DNA from: Octopus sinensis
Taxonomy: Eukaryota
Reading direction: 5' to 3'
NCBI RefSeq assembly: GCF_006345805.1
Contig: NC_043002.1
Span: 51,336,001 to 51,400,000 of the forward strand
Length of the DNA: 64,000 nucleotides
Of the stretch, positions 12,586 through 26,799 are shown one piece after another. The notes beneath the pieces were generated by a model that searched no databases, had not been told where the DNA came from, and worked only from the letters and a program-made list of their open reading frames with translations. The first letter of the stretch is position 1, and each line of letters starts with the position of its first letter. Both the position numbers and the translations under genes were made by a program.

Positions 12586-12795
12586 GGCGAGCTGGCAGAA
12601 TCGTTCGAGCGTCATACAAAATACATAGCAACATTTGGTCTGTCTTAACTTTCAAAGTTCAAATTCTACTGAGGCCGACTTTATTTTTCATTCTTTCGGA
12701 GTCGATAAAATTAGAACTAGTTGAGTATTGGGGTCGATATAATAGACTACTCAACTCCCATAAAATTTCAGGCCTTGCGCCTATAGTAGAACGGA
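12586..12795 (+). mobile_element. SINE family A, diverged
   Basis: ggcgagctggcagaatcgtt ... aaatttcaggccttgcgcctatagtagaa. Confidence 0.8.
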
Positions 12796-13199
12796 ATATA
12801 TTATGAAAAATGTTGTTACTAAAGTTGGTAAAAAAAAACATTTAAAGCCTAAATGTCAATTTGAATTTAGATTCCTTCTGATCCTAAATGAATTATAATT
12901 ACATAGAATATGCATCATATTTAAAATCTAAATTCTGGGGTCGATTTTTCCGACTAAAGCCGTCAAGGCGGTGCTCTAGTGTGGCCGCAGTCCTAAGACT
13001 GAAGGAAGTAAAAGGAAAAAAAAAATACAAAAAATTCTTCCGTGTGAAATTCTTCAGTTCATAAGCTGCTGTATGCAATTGCATTATGAGCGAATATGCA
13101 CGTTCGATAGCTCAATGTAGTGTTCTGTTAGTGTCATGCTATTAGTGCCAAGCCAGTTGCACTAATGCAATAACAGTAACGTTATACGAGTTTCCTCTA

Positions 13200-13445
13200 A
13201 GGCGGCGAACTGGCAGATCACTGGAGGCAGAACACTGGAGGCGAGCTGGTAGAACATTAAGGCATCGAGCTGTTAGCACACTGGACAAAATGCTTAGCCC
13301 GTCGCTACGTTCTGACTTCAAATTCCACCGCGGTCGACTTTGCCTTTCACCCTTTCGGGGTCGATGAATTAAGTACTAGTGAAACACTTGGGTCAATGTA
13401 ATCGACTAGTCCCCGGATTTCAGGCCTTGTGCCTTTAATAGAATG
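13200..13445 (+). mobile_element. SINE family A
   Basis: ggcggcgaactggcag ... gtcgactttgcctttcaccctttcggggtcgat ... caggccttgtgcc. Confidence 0.85.
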
Positions 13446-15559
13446 AATGGGTTATACGAGTTTCCAACGAACTTCTTACTAAAACAAAAAGACAAGAACG
13501 CTTTAACCAGTACGCTATTTCATTTCCTCAATAAACAACAGATTTACGATGTTTTATGTTACAACTGATCGCTGTTTATTTAGCAATGTTTTACATTTTA
13601 TTTTTGATTGCTTTACATTATTGTTATTCATTTTTTTTCTATATTTCTTCTCAATTTTTATAACCCTCCCTTCGTTTGCAGGATGTTTTGACAGAATCTT
13701 TAACATAGATTACAAAAATTTCTGTTAGAATTCAGTGTTTGAAATTCAAATTTAATTTTCAATTAATATTACTTTAATTAAACAATAATCGCCTATTTGT
13801 TTGAGTTGATAGTTTATGGAGAAGAAAAGAGAGGAGAGAAGTGGCGAGAGGAGAAGAGGAGAGTATAGAGCGGTGTGGAGTAGCATGATGGAGTGTGGAA
13901 TGGAGTGGTGTGATGTAGAATGAGATAGAGATGTTGTGTATATGAACATGTGTCTAAGCGTGGCTGGGTGAACTAGGGGGAAATAAGAGGGTTATGCCAG
14001 CCGAAAATGACACATACATAAATGCATACACATGTATGTACAAACGCATATATATATATGTATATATATATATACACATTCACAAATGGGAATTTTTAAA
14101 TACATATAGTCATACAAATCGAAGTTGACACATGCATATATAAGCACACGTAAATGCATGCACATATGTACAGGCACACACGCATACACACGCACACACA
14201 CATGCACATAAACATAAGCATACAGAAAGAGACACACACACATTCACACATGGGCATTTTTATATACATATTCATACAAACTGAAATTGACATACATATA
14301 TATATACACACACACACACATATATATATATATATGTTGTGTGTGCGTGTGTATGTGTATCCACACTCGGGTATTTATATATTCACATATTCATACAAAT
14401 CGAAATTGACACATACAAATATACGCACACCTAAATGCATGCACATTTACACACACACACATAAATATATATATATATACATACATATATACGCACGCAC
14501 ACATACACTTACACACGGGCATTTTTATATAAACATCTTCGTATGAACAGAAGATATATACATGCACACATAAATACAAACACATACGCACATACACACA
14601 TAAAAGCACACATTCACACACAGATATATTGATGTACGCATCTTCATTCTGGCGCTCATACATATATGAAGAACGATATCTCCTTCCCCACACAAAAAAA
14701 AAACAATATGTAGGAAAGAATTTTTTTTTAAATCGGCAGAAGTGTGAGTGGTGTGAGTGGTGTGGTGGTGAGGGTTAGTAAATTAGAATATTTACAAATT
14801 AAAAAAAAATGCAACACCATCGCCGTCACCACCACCACCATGAACAACAACAACAATATTAATACAAACACAACCAATAAACACAATGCGAAGAACAACA
14901 TTACCAATAAGAACAACAACAATAGAAATAACAGCAACAACGTCGACAATTAAAAAAATATACAGTGAAGAGAACGTGTTACAAGAACCGGGTGATGGTG
15001 CCGGTAGTGTCGGTTTTGGTGCTGGTGGGGAGTGGTTTGTTAAGGAATGGTATGAGAGAATGGCATTAGAATGGATAATAATGAAGAATGGAGTGGGAAG
15101 GTAGATCTCTCCAGTTAGAATAAATGAAATCTTAGCAGAAGAGATGGGTTTGAAACCGAAGTAAAATTCACATAAGCGTGTGAAGAATAAATTAAGATGT
15201 CGTGTCGTTGTGGTAGCGGCCATTTTGTTTTATCATTTTCTTTAAAGGATTTTTTTACGTCTTTCTTTTACTGTTTTTATTTCAATACTTTTTTCTGTTC
15301 TATTTGCTTTATATTATTTCTTTGATTCTGTTGCAGACCCAATAAATGAACAGAGGCTAGAATGGTGTAAGAGAGAATATAATAGGTGGTAAGGGACAGT
15401 GGGTGGGAAAGAGAGGCGGGAGGGGTTGAATTCTATTCTATTGTGGTTGGGGGTTGATGTCGCTATTATTGTTGTTGGTGTTGTTGTTTTCGTAGTTCCT
15501 ATTATTCTATTCGTTGTGAAGTTATTTCTTTGTTTTACGACTACTTTCCTGCTTTATAA

Positions 15560-16580
<1,021 letters not shown>

Positions 16581-17059
16581 AAGAAGAAGAAGAATCTTTT
16601 CTTTTATTATCGCCTCAATAACGTCGGACAAGGGGACATTATCGAGATAAATTATGAAAGTGGTGTGGGCAATGTTGCACTGATATCGAAAGGAAAGAAT
16701 CAAAGATGATGGCATACGTAGTGTACAATATACAGCAATGTTCCCAGAGGTGACCACCACCTAAGTTTAGGCTAGGAATAATACAGGTCTAGGATTAACT
16801 TTACTCGCTTTATTTGTTGTCTTCATTCTTACCACTCTCATCAACATTCCAACAAATTTAGTAGAGCAGCATCTTTCTGAAACCCCTCCTTCCTCTATAC
16901 CCTCATCTTCTTTTCCACTATTACCTACATCTCCTCATCACATTCCTCTCCTCTCTTACCTTTCTATTCACCCTCACCTTTCTTCCCAAGTGATACTTGA
17001 AAATGTTGAAGTCTTCACCGAATAGGAAAGTGTATGTCGTTAGCTTTTTCGCTTGCGTC

Positions 17060-17950
17060 CATCTCATGCCCTATATTGCTTGAATTGCATACCATTAGTT
17101 GATCTTCATAATGGACCCATTGGACAGCTACATTCGTCTTATACGTAACGACATCTGTTCAAAAGTTTCACAAATTCGAAGAGCTCCGGCAACGAACGGG
17201 TGCACGGAAAAACGATTTCGTCCCTCTGCGTGCACCTCGGATACGCTTGTCTAACGGTACTTTTATGATTGTCGGGTTTATTTTAAACCATTAATAACCT
17301 CCATCCCATTAGCACTGCAAGACTAGGGATTTTTCGAAGTTGGTTCCGAGGCAAAAGTTCTCTGGGACAAAACAGTTGATTCCCATCTATACTGAGTTAC
17401 TCAAAAATGTCGACACTCTACTTTGGTCGAACGGAAGCTGTGGTAAGACACGGGTGGCTATGCTATAGTATTGAACGAAAGTATTGTACGTGTTCACCAC
17501 CTGTGAGCGACCGTTTAAGGACAGTTTTCTCTTAGTCCAATTCAGACTCTTCTCGTAACCTAGAGTCAGTTTCTAGCGTCCTGTCACACATCAACCCCAC
17601 GCATGCTTCGGTAAAGTTCTCCAAGACATTTTCCAGCAGCACAGACTTGCCTCTCCAGGTGTAAAGCTGCATGCGCACTTGCATGTTCGGGTTAATTTTT
17701 TTACTTCTGGTTAATTTTTTACTTCTGGTTAATTTTTTACAGCTCCTATTCATGACCGCTGCTTCGATTTCATTGTTGCCGAACTCCATTACAGTGCTGT
17801 TGTCCTCATATGCTTATACAGCTCTCCCATGTTCCAGTTTGGACTGTACACCTCTTGACACCGCTGATTTCTGCAGCAGTGACTCGAGATACTATACAAA
17901 GAGAAGAGATGAGGGTACGCTGTACAGGTTAAAAGTGTGATCTAGCTAAC
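17060..17950 (-). pseudogene. Decayed L1/Tx1-clade LINE ORF2 fragment
   Basis: Minus strand AYEDNSTV (decayed YADD region), QLYTWRGKS and PRCTQRDE (zinc knuckle); same family as 9500-10740. Confidence 0.7.
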
Positions 17951-18017
17951 TACGCACGATCCCAGCACATGTCTAATGCCATTCAAGTCTCATACATCCT
18001 TCTTTTCTGTGTATGTG

Positions 18018-18064
<47 letters not shown>

Positions 18065-18242
18065 GAAAGTATTTAGCTGTAAGAGAAAATTATAAGAATT
18101 TAAACATATCCCTTCTATTCTTATATGCAGGTAAAAGAGTGCAGTAAGATTTCTGAGGAACCTTTTTCGCAGTTTGTTTACCGTTCCTTAGAGGAGGCAT
18201 ACCCGATTTCCTTTATCAAGTGAGAGAATAGAATATAATGTA

Positions 18243-18393
18243 TAGGCGCAGGAGTGGCTGTGTGGTAAGTAGCTTGCTTACCAACCACATGGTTCCGGGT
18301 TCAGTCCCACTCCGTGGCACCTTGGGCAAGTGTCTTCTACTATAGCCTTGGGCCGACCAAAGCCTTGTAGACGGAAACTGAAAGAAGCCCATC

Positions 18394-18457
<64 letters not shown>

Positions 18458-18575
18458 ATACTAGGCTTACAAAGAATAAGTCCTGGAATCGAGTTGTTCG
18501 ACTAAAAACGGTGCTCCAGCATGGCCGCAGTCAAATTACTGAAACAAGTAAAAGAGAAAAGAATAAAAGAATAAA
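18243..18575 (+). mobile_element. SINE family B with internal deletion
   Basis: ggcgcaggagtggctgtgtggtaag ... ggttccgggttcagtcccac ... ccttgggcaagtgtcttctactatagcc (CORE-like) ... gcagtcaaattactgaaacaag. Confidence 0.9.
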
Positions 18576-18625
18576 TATATATATATATATATAATATGTT
18601 ACACATATGTATGTATGTATGTATG

Positions 18626-18656
<31 letters not shown>

Positions 18657-18701
18657 TATATATATATACATACATACATACATACATACATATGTGTAAA
18701 C

Positions 18702-18746
<45 letters not shown>

Positions 18747-18747
<1 letters not shown>

Positions 18748-18862
18748 AATTTGACTGCGGCCATGCTGGAGCACCGTTTTTAGTCGAACAACTCGATTCC
18801 AGGACTTATTCTTTGTAAGCCTAGTATACACACACACACACACCACACACACACACACACAC
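18747..18862 (-). repeat. Local inverted duplication of ~18435-18538
   Basis: aatttgactgcggccatgctggagcaccgtttttagtcgaacaactcgattccaggacttattctttgtaagcctagtatacacac is the reverse complement of the upstream SINE tail, including its deletion junction. Confidence 0.9.
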
Positions 18863-19643
18863 ATATATATATACACCCACAGACAGAATATAGAGGTTTA
18901 GTTCATTGGTGATCTAAACGAATCGGTACGCTCGGTAAGTGCTGTAACGGGTTATCAAGGCTTCAAGCTCGTACCGAAACGAGAGCTATGGAGACATATC
19001 GGATATATACTTGTAAAAGAGTACAACAAACTCCAAGGCATAACAACCATCTCAAATTATATATTCGTTATAATTCTCAAATAATTCGCGGTCTTCCAGC
19101 TGTTTCTAGGATATCCCAAGTGATAGGCGAGTATGCCTGAATATGGGGCTTTCTGTCATCAGAGACAAAGAGATAAACTAGGTATGATCTAAACATGGAA
19201 AATAATCACAGATAACAAGCAATTGTTAGAATAGAAGAGAAGAGAGTAAGGAAATGAAGTTCACAGTTCATTTTTCCGCCGAGAGTACGGGTGCAAGTCT
19301 GTATGTCTTTAGGTAAAATCCACGTAGTATTATAGTATTTTTCAGTGTTTTTCACAGTATAAATATCCAGGCAATGTTTTGACAGAAATGGGACTGGTGT
19401 ATTCATTTTGAGAGGTGGCTGTTTTGTGATTGAATGATACTAGCAGTGGCTATTGAGCAAAGTAGAGAGAGAAGGAGAAGAGAAAGAAGTGGAAAGAGAG
19501 GCTTAATGAGGAGATAGAGGAAAGTAGTAGTAGGGGAGTCAGTGGGGATAGAGAGAGGAGGAAGGCAAGTGACAGGGAATTAGCAAGGATTGGTCGTCGG
19601 AAATGGTTAGACAGACAGACAGCAGACAGACAGACAGACAGAC

Positions 19644-19712
<69 letters not shown>

Positions 19713-20114
19713 TCATGACACCCGTTTCCACTGAAGCTACAGAAAGAAACATTGGGAACTTGAGAAAAAAGGAAGCTATTTTAATTAACAATGACATACT
19801 ACGAATTAATAACAGAGGTGAACTGCAGTTGCTTGGATGCTATAGCAACGCAAAATAATACTTCATTCAGCATAGAGCAGAGCAATCAGCTCTAAGTACA
19901 TTTTCTTCGTAAATTTCCTGAAGAAGGGGTCCTACACTTGACGTATTGAAATACCAGCTAATATTACCATCGACCCGTATTATAAATTTTGTTGTAGCTT
20001 ACTTTGTTTTGGCTTTAAAATACATAAATATTTAACGCACATACACACACACACATGCACAGACATGCACACACAGACACATACATATATGTAAATAATC
20101 GATTAAGTAAACAC

Positions 20115-20455
20115 TGTGAAGGCGCATGTATCGGTGGTTAGAGCATCGAGCTTACGATCGTGAGGTTGTGAGTTCGATTCCTGGACGGGACTGCATGCTG
20201 TGTTCTCTGAGCAAGACACCTTATTTCACGTTGCTCCAGTTCACTCAGCTGCAGAAATGAGTTGCGATATCACTGGTGCCAAGCTGTATCGGCCTTTGCT
20301 TTTGCCTTAGATAACATTTGTGGCGTGGAGAGGAGAGGTTGGTATGCATTGGCGACTGCTGGTCCTCCATAAACAATCTTGCTCGGACTTGTGCTTTCGA
20401 GGGTAACTTTCTAGGTGCAATCCCATGGTCATTCATGACCGAAAGGTGTCACCCT
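20115..20455 (+). mobile_element. SINE family C (tRNA head plus CORE-like domain) with 10-bp TSD
   Basis: A/B boxes (ggtggttagagc; gagttcgattcc), ctgagcaagacaccttatttcacgttgctccag; taagtaaaca at 20104-20113 and 20455-20464. Confidence 0.9.
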
Positions 20456-20481
20456 AAGTAAACAGAAGATGGAATATATAT

Positions 20482-20670
20482 ATAATCGATTTAGTAAACA
20501 GAAGATGGAATTCTTATTTTGTACGATGATAGTTTCGCCTCATCTTGTGACTGTCCTTTTTGGGTGGGATACTGTGCATCACAATATGATGCACAGCATC
20601 CCATCCATAAAGGACAGTCACAGGATGGGTCGAAACACCAATTCTATCTTTTGTTTACTTAATCGATTAT
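20482..20670. mobile_element. Palindromic MITE
   Basis: TIR ataatcgatttagtaaacagaagatggaatt / aattctatcttttgtttacttaatcgattat; internal hairpin catcttgtgactgtccttt...gtgcatca-caata-tgatgcac...aaaggacagtcacaggatg. Confidence 0.8.
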
Positions 20671-20784
20671 TATCTCAACTAACACTGTAGTATTCCTGAA
20701 GTAGATCCAACTACGGATGACAGCAGGTGGCCCATACTGTGCCAGTGCTCTACTCACTAAATTAACATATACTTATTAGTCCAA

Positions 20785-20829
<45 letters not shown>

Positions 20830-21189
20830 ATATATATATATTTATATAGGCCGTCTGATAGAATGCCACATAGTGGTTGTACTGGTTTCTGCGCTCTGAG
20901 TTCAAATCATTTCGAGGCCAACTTTGCCTTTCATCTTCTGGGAGTCAGTAAATAAATCACCAATCCAGGTCAGTAGAATAATGAAATTGTAAGAACTTCG
21001 TGTCTATAAAACAAGTCCTGCCAAGTAGTGGGGAGAATTTCATTGGATATAGCGTTTTCTTTACCAATATTTGTAGTTGTGAGCCAATGTGGTTAGACAT
21101 TATTATTTCTAAGATTGTTGCTACTTAACGTGTAAGAATGATTGTACATATGTATATACATGTTGCAAACTGTTTATAATGTAATTGCT

Positions 21190-22550
21190 TTGCATGCGCA
21201 GTCCGTCACGGATGTTGTATCTCACCTCTTTTGTCTGTCTTGGTACTGAAACCCTTGCCTAGAAAGTTGGAATCCTTCTCAAACTAAAACACAGGACAAC
21301 TGTTTTTCTAAATACAGACGGCATTACTGTAATGGTGTTGAACACATTGGTAATTGAGGTGATCGGCCCCATTCTAATGAAGTACTAGAAAGTAAGAGGT
21401 GTATGCTTTAATGAACTAAATTAATGAGCTTGCAATTCCACACCTAGAAAAACAAATTCCTCCAGAATGAGGGCTTCTATCGCTTGGCTGAGGATCCCAT
21501 TAAGGTGTTTGGCTTAAGGTGTTCTCTTGCTGGATCAATTCTGGTAAGAATTTCAGAGCAAGGTAACCACGACCACTGAGAAATCGTTGAGAGGAAGTTA
21601 CCTTGACAGGGTGGTCTATGTTGGTTTTATAAACTACTGCAGCCTTTGATCCGAAATACCAAGCCAAACTGAAGCATATACCTTTTTCAGGTTAACAGAA
21701 TAGGTTCCGCTGTTCAAGAAATCCATCTGCAGCCAACCCATTTTAAGGAAATATTGGTATGTTGTAGCTGGTAATGAGCAGGCACGCACTGAGTCTGACA
21801 CATGTATACAGATTCTTGGATACAAACGGCGACAAAGATGCAACTGTTTAGGATTTTGTGCAGGTACATCAAACTTTGTGGGTGCTGTTAGTGCGCCACG
21901 CTTTGGTTTGACCGAGCTGCAGTCCTAAGTCAAGCGCAGATTTAGGTTGAACCTTTGGCATCTACCAATTAGAATTTGTATTCAGAGGAGAGTTATCTCC
22001 AGCCTTCAATACAGTTAACTGAGGGATGATAACTCGGAAGCAGATTCAGGTAAGGACAGTGTGAATAGATTTTCCTGGACGACTTTCAGGTCGGATATTA
22101 TAATTTCCAAAATCCTTTGGTCTAGAAGTACTGGAAGTACTGGAGTTACGAAGTTTTTTGGATGCACTTGTTCAATGCCTATCCATTGTTAATTTCTGGT
22201 ATTATGTCGAACAGCTGTTATCACGAGTTGAACGAATCCGACCATGAACCGGGGTTATCGTAAAGGCCAAATTCCTTTCCTTTGACAAGGAACAGTCGGT
22301 AGTCCTCCTCTATTCAGTGGCTGTGGCGAAAGAAGTTGTATTGTTAACGTTGTTAGGAATTTTGAAGACAGACCTCTACCTCTCAGTACAAACACTCATC
22401 AACTTCTTCAAGTACAACTTAAGGAAGAAAATGAGGGCAAAAACAAAGGGAGTTTCTAATAGATTCCAATAAATGTTATAACAGATTGGTGAGAGTGGTT
22501 GAACTGGTGAGGTCAAATGCGCCCATACTATGGAGTTGTAAACTGGTGGC
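21190..22550 (+). pseudogene. Decayed, internally deleted L1/Tx1-clade LINE fragment reaching the 3' end
   Basis: SPLLSVLVLKPLPRKLES, PIKVFG, DALVQCLSIVNFWYYVEQLLSRV, VAVAKEVV, LINFFKYNLRKKMR. Confidence 0.7.
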
Positions 22551-23049
22551 AAGAAGGCAGAAAACATTTACCCTTGATGTTACGCAACATAATATTGTGA
22601 TACAACAATATTAATGTATTTACAACAATAAATACATTAATAAATAGTAGTGTAAAGGATATTTATTGTTACCAGCATATTATTGTACATCTGTTGATAT
22701 TAGTTATCTCTCATTTTTAATCGACATACATCACGTTCTGTTTTTCCCCATGTATTTTTCTTTAGTATTGTCCTGAGAATTATCAACCGCAGAATTCCGG
22801 CGTAATGGCATTGACTGCAGATTGACCTCTTGAATAAAGAAACCTTTGCTATACACAGGACACGAAAGCGCATGTACTCTAACCTGCCAAGTGTTTCTAA
22901 AATTAAGGCACAATTGACAGGTTGTGGTAAGTCAACGAAGTAGTATAGAGGTTCGTTTCTTCTACCCACCTCTTTCACAGACAGTTATTTTTCAGCCATT
23001 ATTTCTTGCTCTCAAATTCTTTCCAGCTTTTATCCATCGGAAGAACTTA

Positions 23050-23600
23050 TCGTAGCTAGTGACCAGCCAACTTAACTGGACCCTAGTCCAATGACATAGG
23101 CCATCATCTTGCATGACCATCATCTTCCATATGCAAAGTAGTAAACTCATCGATTTGTTGTAATTAAAGCATGCACCACTTGCCTTCTAGTAATCCTCTA
23201 GAATGTCGCCGATCAGTTCAATTTTCAGCCTGTTCGACACCATTACGATAGCGCCGTCGTCGTTTCCAGAAATGGTTGCCATATTTCAAGAAAGATTCCC
23301 GTCTTCTAAGCAACGAGTTCAGCGCTAAAACAAACAGAGGGTTAGAGGAGAGTATTAATTGAAGACAGAGCATTTGATGCAAAGCTGTTGCTATTTGGAC
23401 TGAACACCGTACATTGTAGCGATCCATCGTTTGAAGACGATACCAAGACTGTCAAGTAGCAATGATCTTGGACCCTCTTGACCAATAAAAGAAATGCCTT
23501 GCTGTATTTGTTCTAGCTATTTCCATCCAGAGTTCCAATCCCGCTTATTTCAATATTGTCTTTCATCTTCCCGATGTTGATAACATAGACTGTCAGACAA
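23050..23600 (-). pseudogene. Decayed L1/Tx1-clade RT fragment
   Basis: Minus strand NPLFVLALNSLLRR, DDGAIVM, ASGACFNYNKSMSL, GPVKL. Confidence 0.65.
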
Positions 23601-24117
23601 GTACTGGAGCGAAGTTACCGAACAATCCATTTCCGCCAGATTTCAAGGTTTATGCTTATTTCAGAAACCATTAATATTATCATTATTGTTGTTGTTGGTG
23701 GTGCTTCTGCTGCTGCTGCTGCGGCTGCTACAGCTATTGTCGTCGTCGTTGTCATCATCATGATCATCATCATTATCATCATCATCATTACCATTATCAT
23801 TTTGTTGCTATTAATATTGTTATTTCATATCATTATTATTTTTATCAAACAAAAAAAATCAATATTAAAATCAAAAGAAATCATTATTATAATGATATCA
23901 CAATGAAAAAATACAAATAAAGAAATTAAAAAATCGTTATTGATAATATTAAAAAAATTATCGTTTGGACCTCATCCACTTCATCCATCTCCTCTCCTTT
24001 CCCTACACCACTTTGTCTACTTGCTCTTCCCCATCAGCATCATCATCATCATCCCCAATATGTTTATTATCATTATTATCATTTTTGTTGTTATTCTTGT
24101 TATCATTATTATTATTA

Positions 24118-24167
<50 letters not shown>

Positions 24168-24193
24168 CATCATCATTATTATTATTATTATTA

Positions 24194-24225
<32 letters not shown>

Positions 24226-24746
24226 TTATTATTATTATTATTATTATTATTATCGTTATTAGGTTGCTGTATGGTGGGATGAAGCCGTATATTTTGAATT
24301 CATTGGTTGAAGTTAACAAGAGAAACGGAAAAGAAGTAAAAAAAAAAACAACAACAAAAGCAAACAATAAAAAAAAACAGACAACGACAGGTTAATACAA
24401 AATTAATACACAAATACAATTTTAAAATCTGGGGAAAGAAAAGAAAAAGAAACAGATCATGTTTAGATATTCGATATTAGCAATTGAAAGAGATTAAATT
24501 CCAATCAAATGCCTCACTGGATATACAACCAAGCAATACATTCGATTATAACCGCCAGTTTTTGAAAATGAGTTAAGACTATTGCTGGGAACGTTTGTTT
24601 GTTTGTTATTTTTTGTTTCGTATTTTCATAATTTGTTTTTTCTTTTGTTCTTCTGTATTTTTTTTTTTGCTTTTGTTTTTCATGTTGAGTTAGAAATAAA
24701 ATTGAGTGAAATGTATAATACTAATGAATGCATGTATGTCTATATA

Positions 24747-24787
<41 letters not shown>

Positions 24788-24891
24788 TATATAATATATA
24801 TATATATATATAATATATATACATGCATATATATGCATATATGTCTAGATATGCATATGTGCATGTATATACACATTCACATACATATATT

Positions 24892-24935
<44 letters not shown>

Positions 24936-24980
24936 TATATATGTGTGTGTATGCTTGTGTGTGTATACATATATACATGT

Positions 24981-25019
<39 letters not shown>

Positions 25020-25347
25020 CATACCTATATATAGATATAGATATACATACAAACATTTGCGTGTGTAATGAAATAATCATTACTTCAAGAAACACTGTTA
25101 CATATGTATATATTCATATATATATATAGGCTTATAAATATAATGAAGTACTCACTAGTATTTATATTTTATTGGCGAATAGTTTACAGAGTTAATCCTG
25201 CTCCGATCCTTGCGATCATGTTTCACAGGTGGCGATGATTCAAGGAGTGAAACCAATCACAGCTATCGCACTCATTTATGTGCTTGACAAATGTCATATG
25301 TGTGTGTCCGCATATACATATATACATTCATATGCATGTATATATAT

Positions 25348-25396
<49 letters not shown>

Positions 25397-25589
25397 TTTA
25401 TGTGTGTATGTATATGTATACGTGTGTGCATGTGTATGTATTTATGCATCTCCACGGAAATAACAAGATAAATATTACAAATAAAAGTTTCTTGTTATTA
25501 GTTTCACACTCAGTAAGATATGAGTGGAAATGCCTTAACATTACGGACACAAGCGTTTTATCTATGTACGTGTCTCTGTACTTATGTAT

Positions 25590-25850
25590 GCTTCTTCTGT
25601 TTCTTAATTATTGTAAATCTTCCACTGAGGAGGGAGCCGGTTTTCAACAAAGATACAAAGCTCCATCTTTGGAATATAGTTAACACAGACTAATTCAGTT
25701 GTAACATGAGAAAAGTTTTGCATATTTTTACTGTTCCACTCACAGATTGCACTTGTAATGTACGGATTAACCAGTCGATTTCTCTTTCTGAAAATCCCAA
25801 TTTATCCAGAGTCTTTTTTAAGCATTTACTAACAAAACCTAGTGCTCCTA
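25590..25850 (-). mobile_element. 3' end of an RLE-bearing non-LTR element (R4/Dong/NeSL-like), 5'-truncated within (ATAC)n
   Basis: ILGALGFVSKCLKKTLDKLGFSEREIDWLIRTLQVQSVSGTVKICKTFL* matches the typical IGALG...GTxKI C-terminus of restriction-like endonuclease LINEs. Confidence 0.7.
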
Positions 25851-25881
<31 letters not shown>

Positions 25882-26544
25882 TGTATGTATGTATGTATGT
25901 ATGTATGTATGTATGTATGTATGCATGCATGCATGCATGCATGTATGTATGTATGTATGTATGTATGTATGTAGCTTTCTTCTCTTCTATTAATTATTTG
26001 AAATCGTCCTGAAAGGAATGAGTAGGTTTCTCACAAAGTTACAAAACTCATCTGTGTGTGTGTATATATATATATTATGCGTATGAGGGAGAGACTGAGA
26101 GAGAAAGGGCAAGTGTTTGAGTGTGCGAGAGAGAGAGGGGGGAGAGGGAACAGAGAAAGAGAGGGGGGAACAGAGACGGGGAAAAGTATTGTGTGTGAGA
26201 AGGTTCAATGTCTGTGTTGTATATGTTTATTATCTGAACGATTATGTGGAATGTCTCAAATGCATTATTTGCTTGCAGTGTAGCCTGGACAGTAGAGCTG
26301 TCTGTTTAATTTATGGTGCGTATATCGTTATATGGTGATTTATGTTCATGTGAATTGTTGGTCAGTGAGTTTATATACATTTCCTTGTGTTTTGAGTGTG
26401 GAATGTTCAATATGTGTGTATGTGTTTGTTACTGTTTGCTATATCTTTAATATATGTGTAACTATGTTGAAATAAAATGAGCGCATGTTTTTGCAGCGAA
26501 TGTGTATAGATTATATTTAAATCACTCACACGCAACAACACGTG

Positions 26545-26586
<42 letters not shown>

Positions 26587-26799
26587 CCATGCATGTGCTT
26601 ATATGGTTTGGCATATATTTGTGCTGTTGCATTTGCGTGTTTGAGTGTGTGTAGATGTGTGCGTATGTGTTACATGTATAGGTGCATTTCGTGCGTGGGT
26701 GTTAAAAGAAAGTGGTTGAATATGTTGCAGATTTGCATGTGTATGTCGTATGTATGAGGTAACTAGGAGAGGTTGTTGAAGAAAAGTGAGTGGAAATTG

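Noticed and set aside
14792-15223. 143-aa minus-strand ORF starting at caaaATGGCCGC
   Set aside because: Plausible start context, but low complexity, runs into microsatellite and has no recognisable homology.
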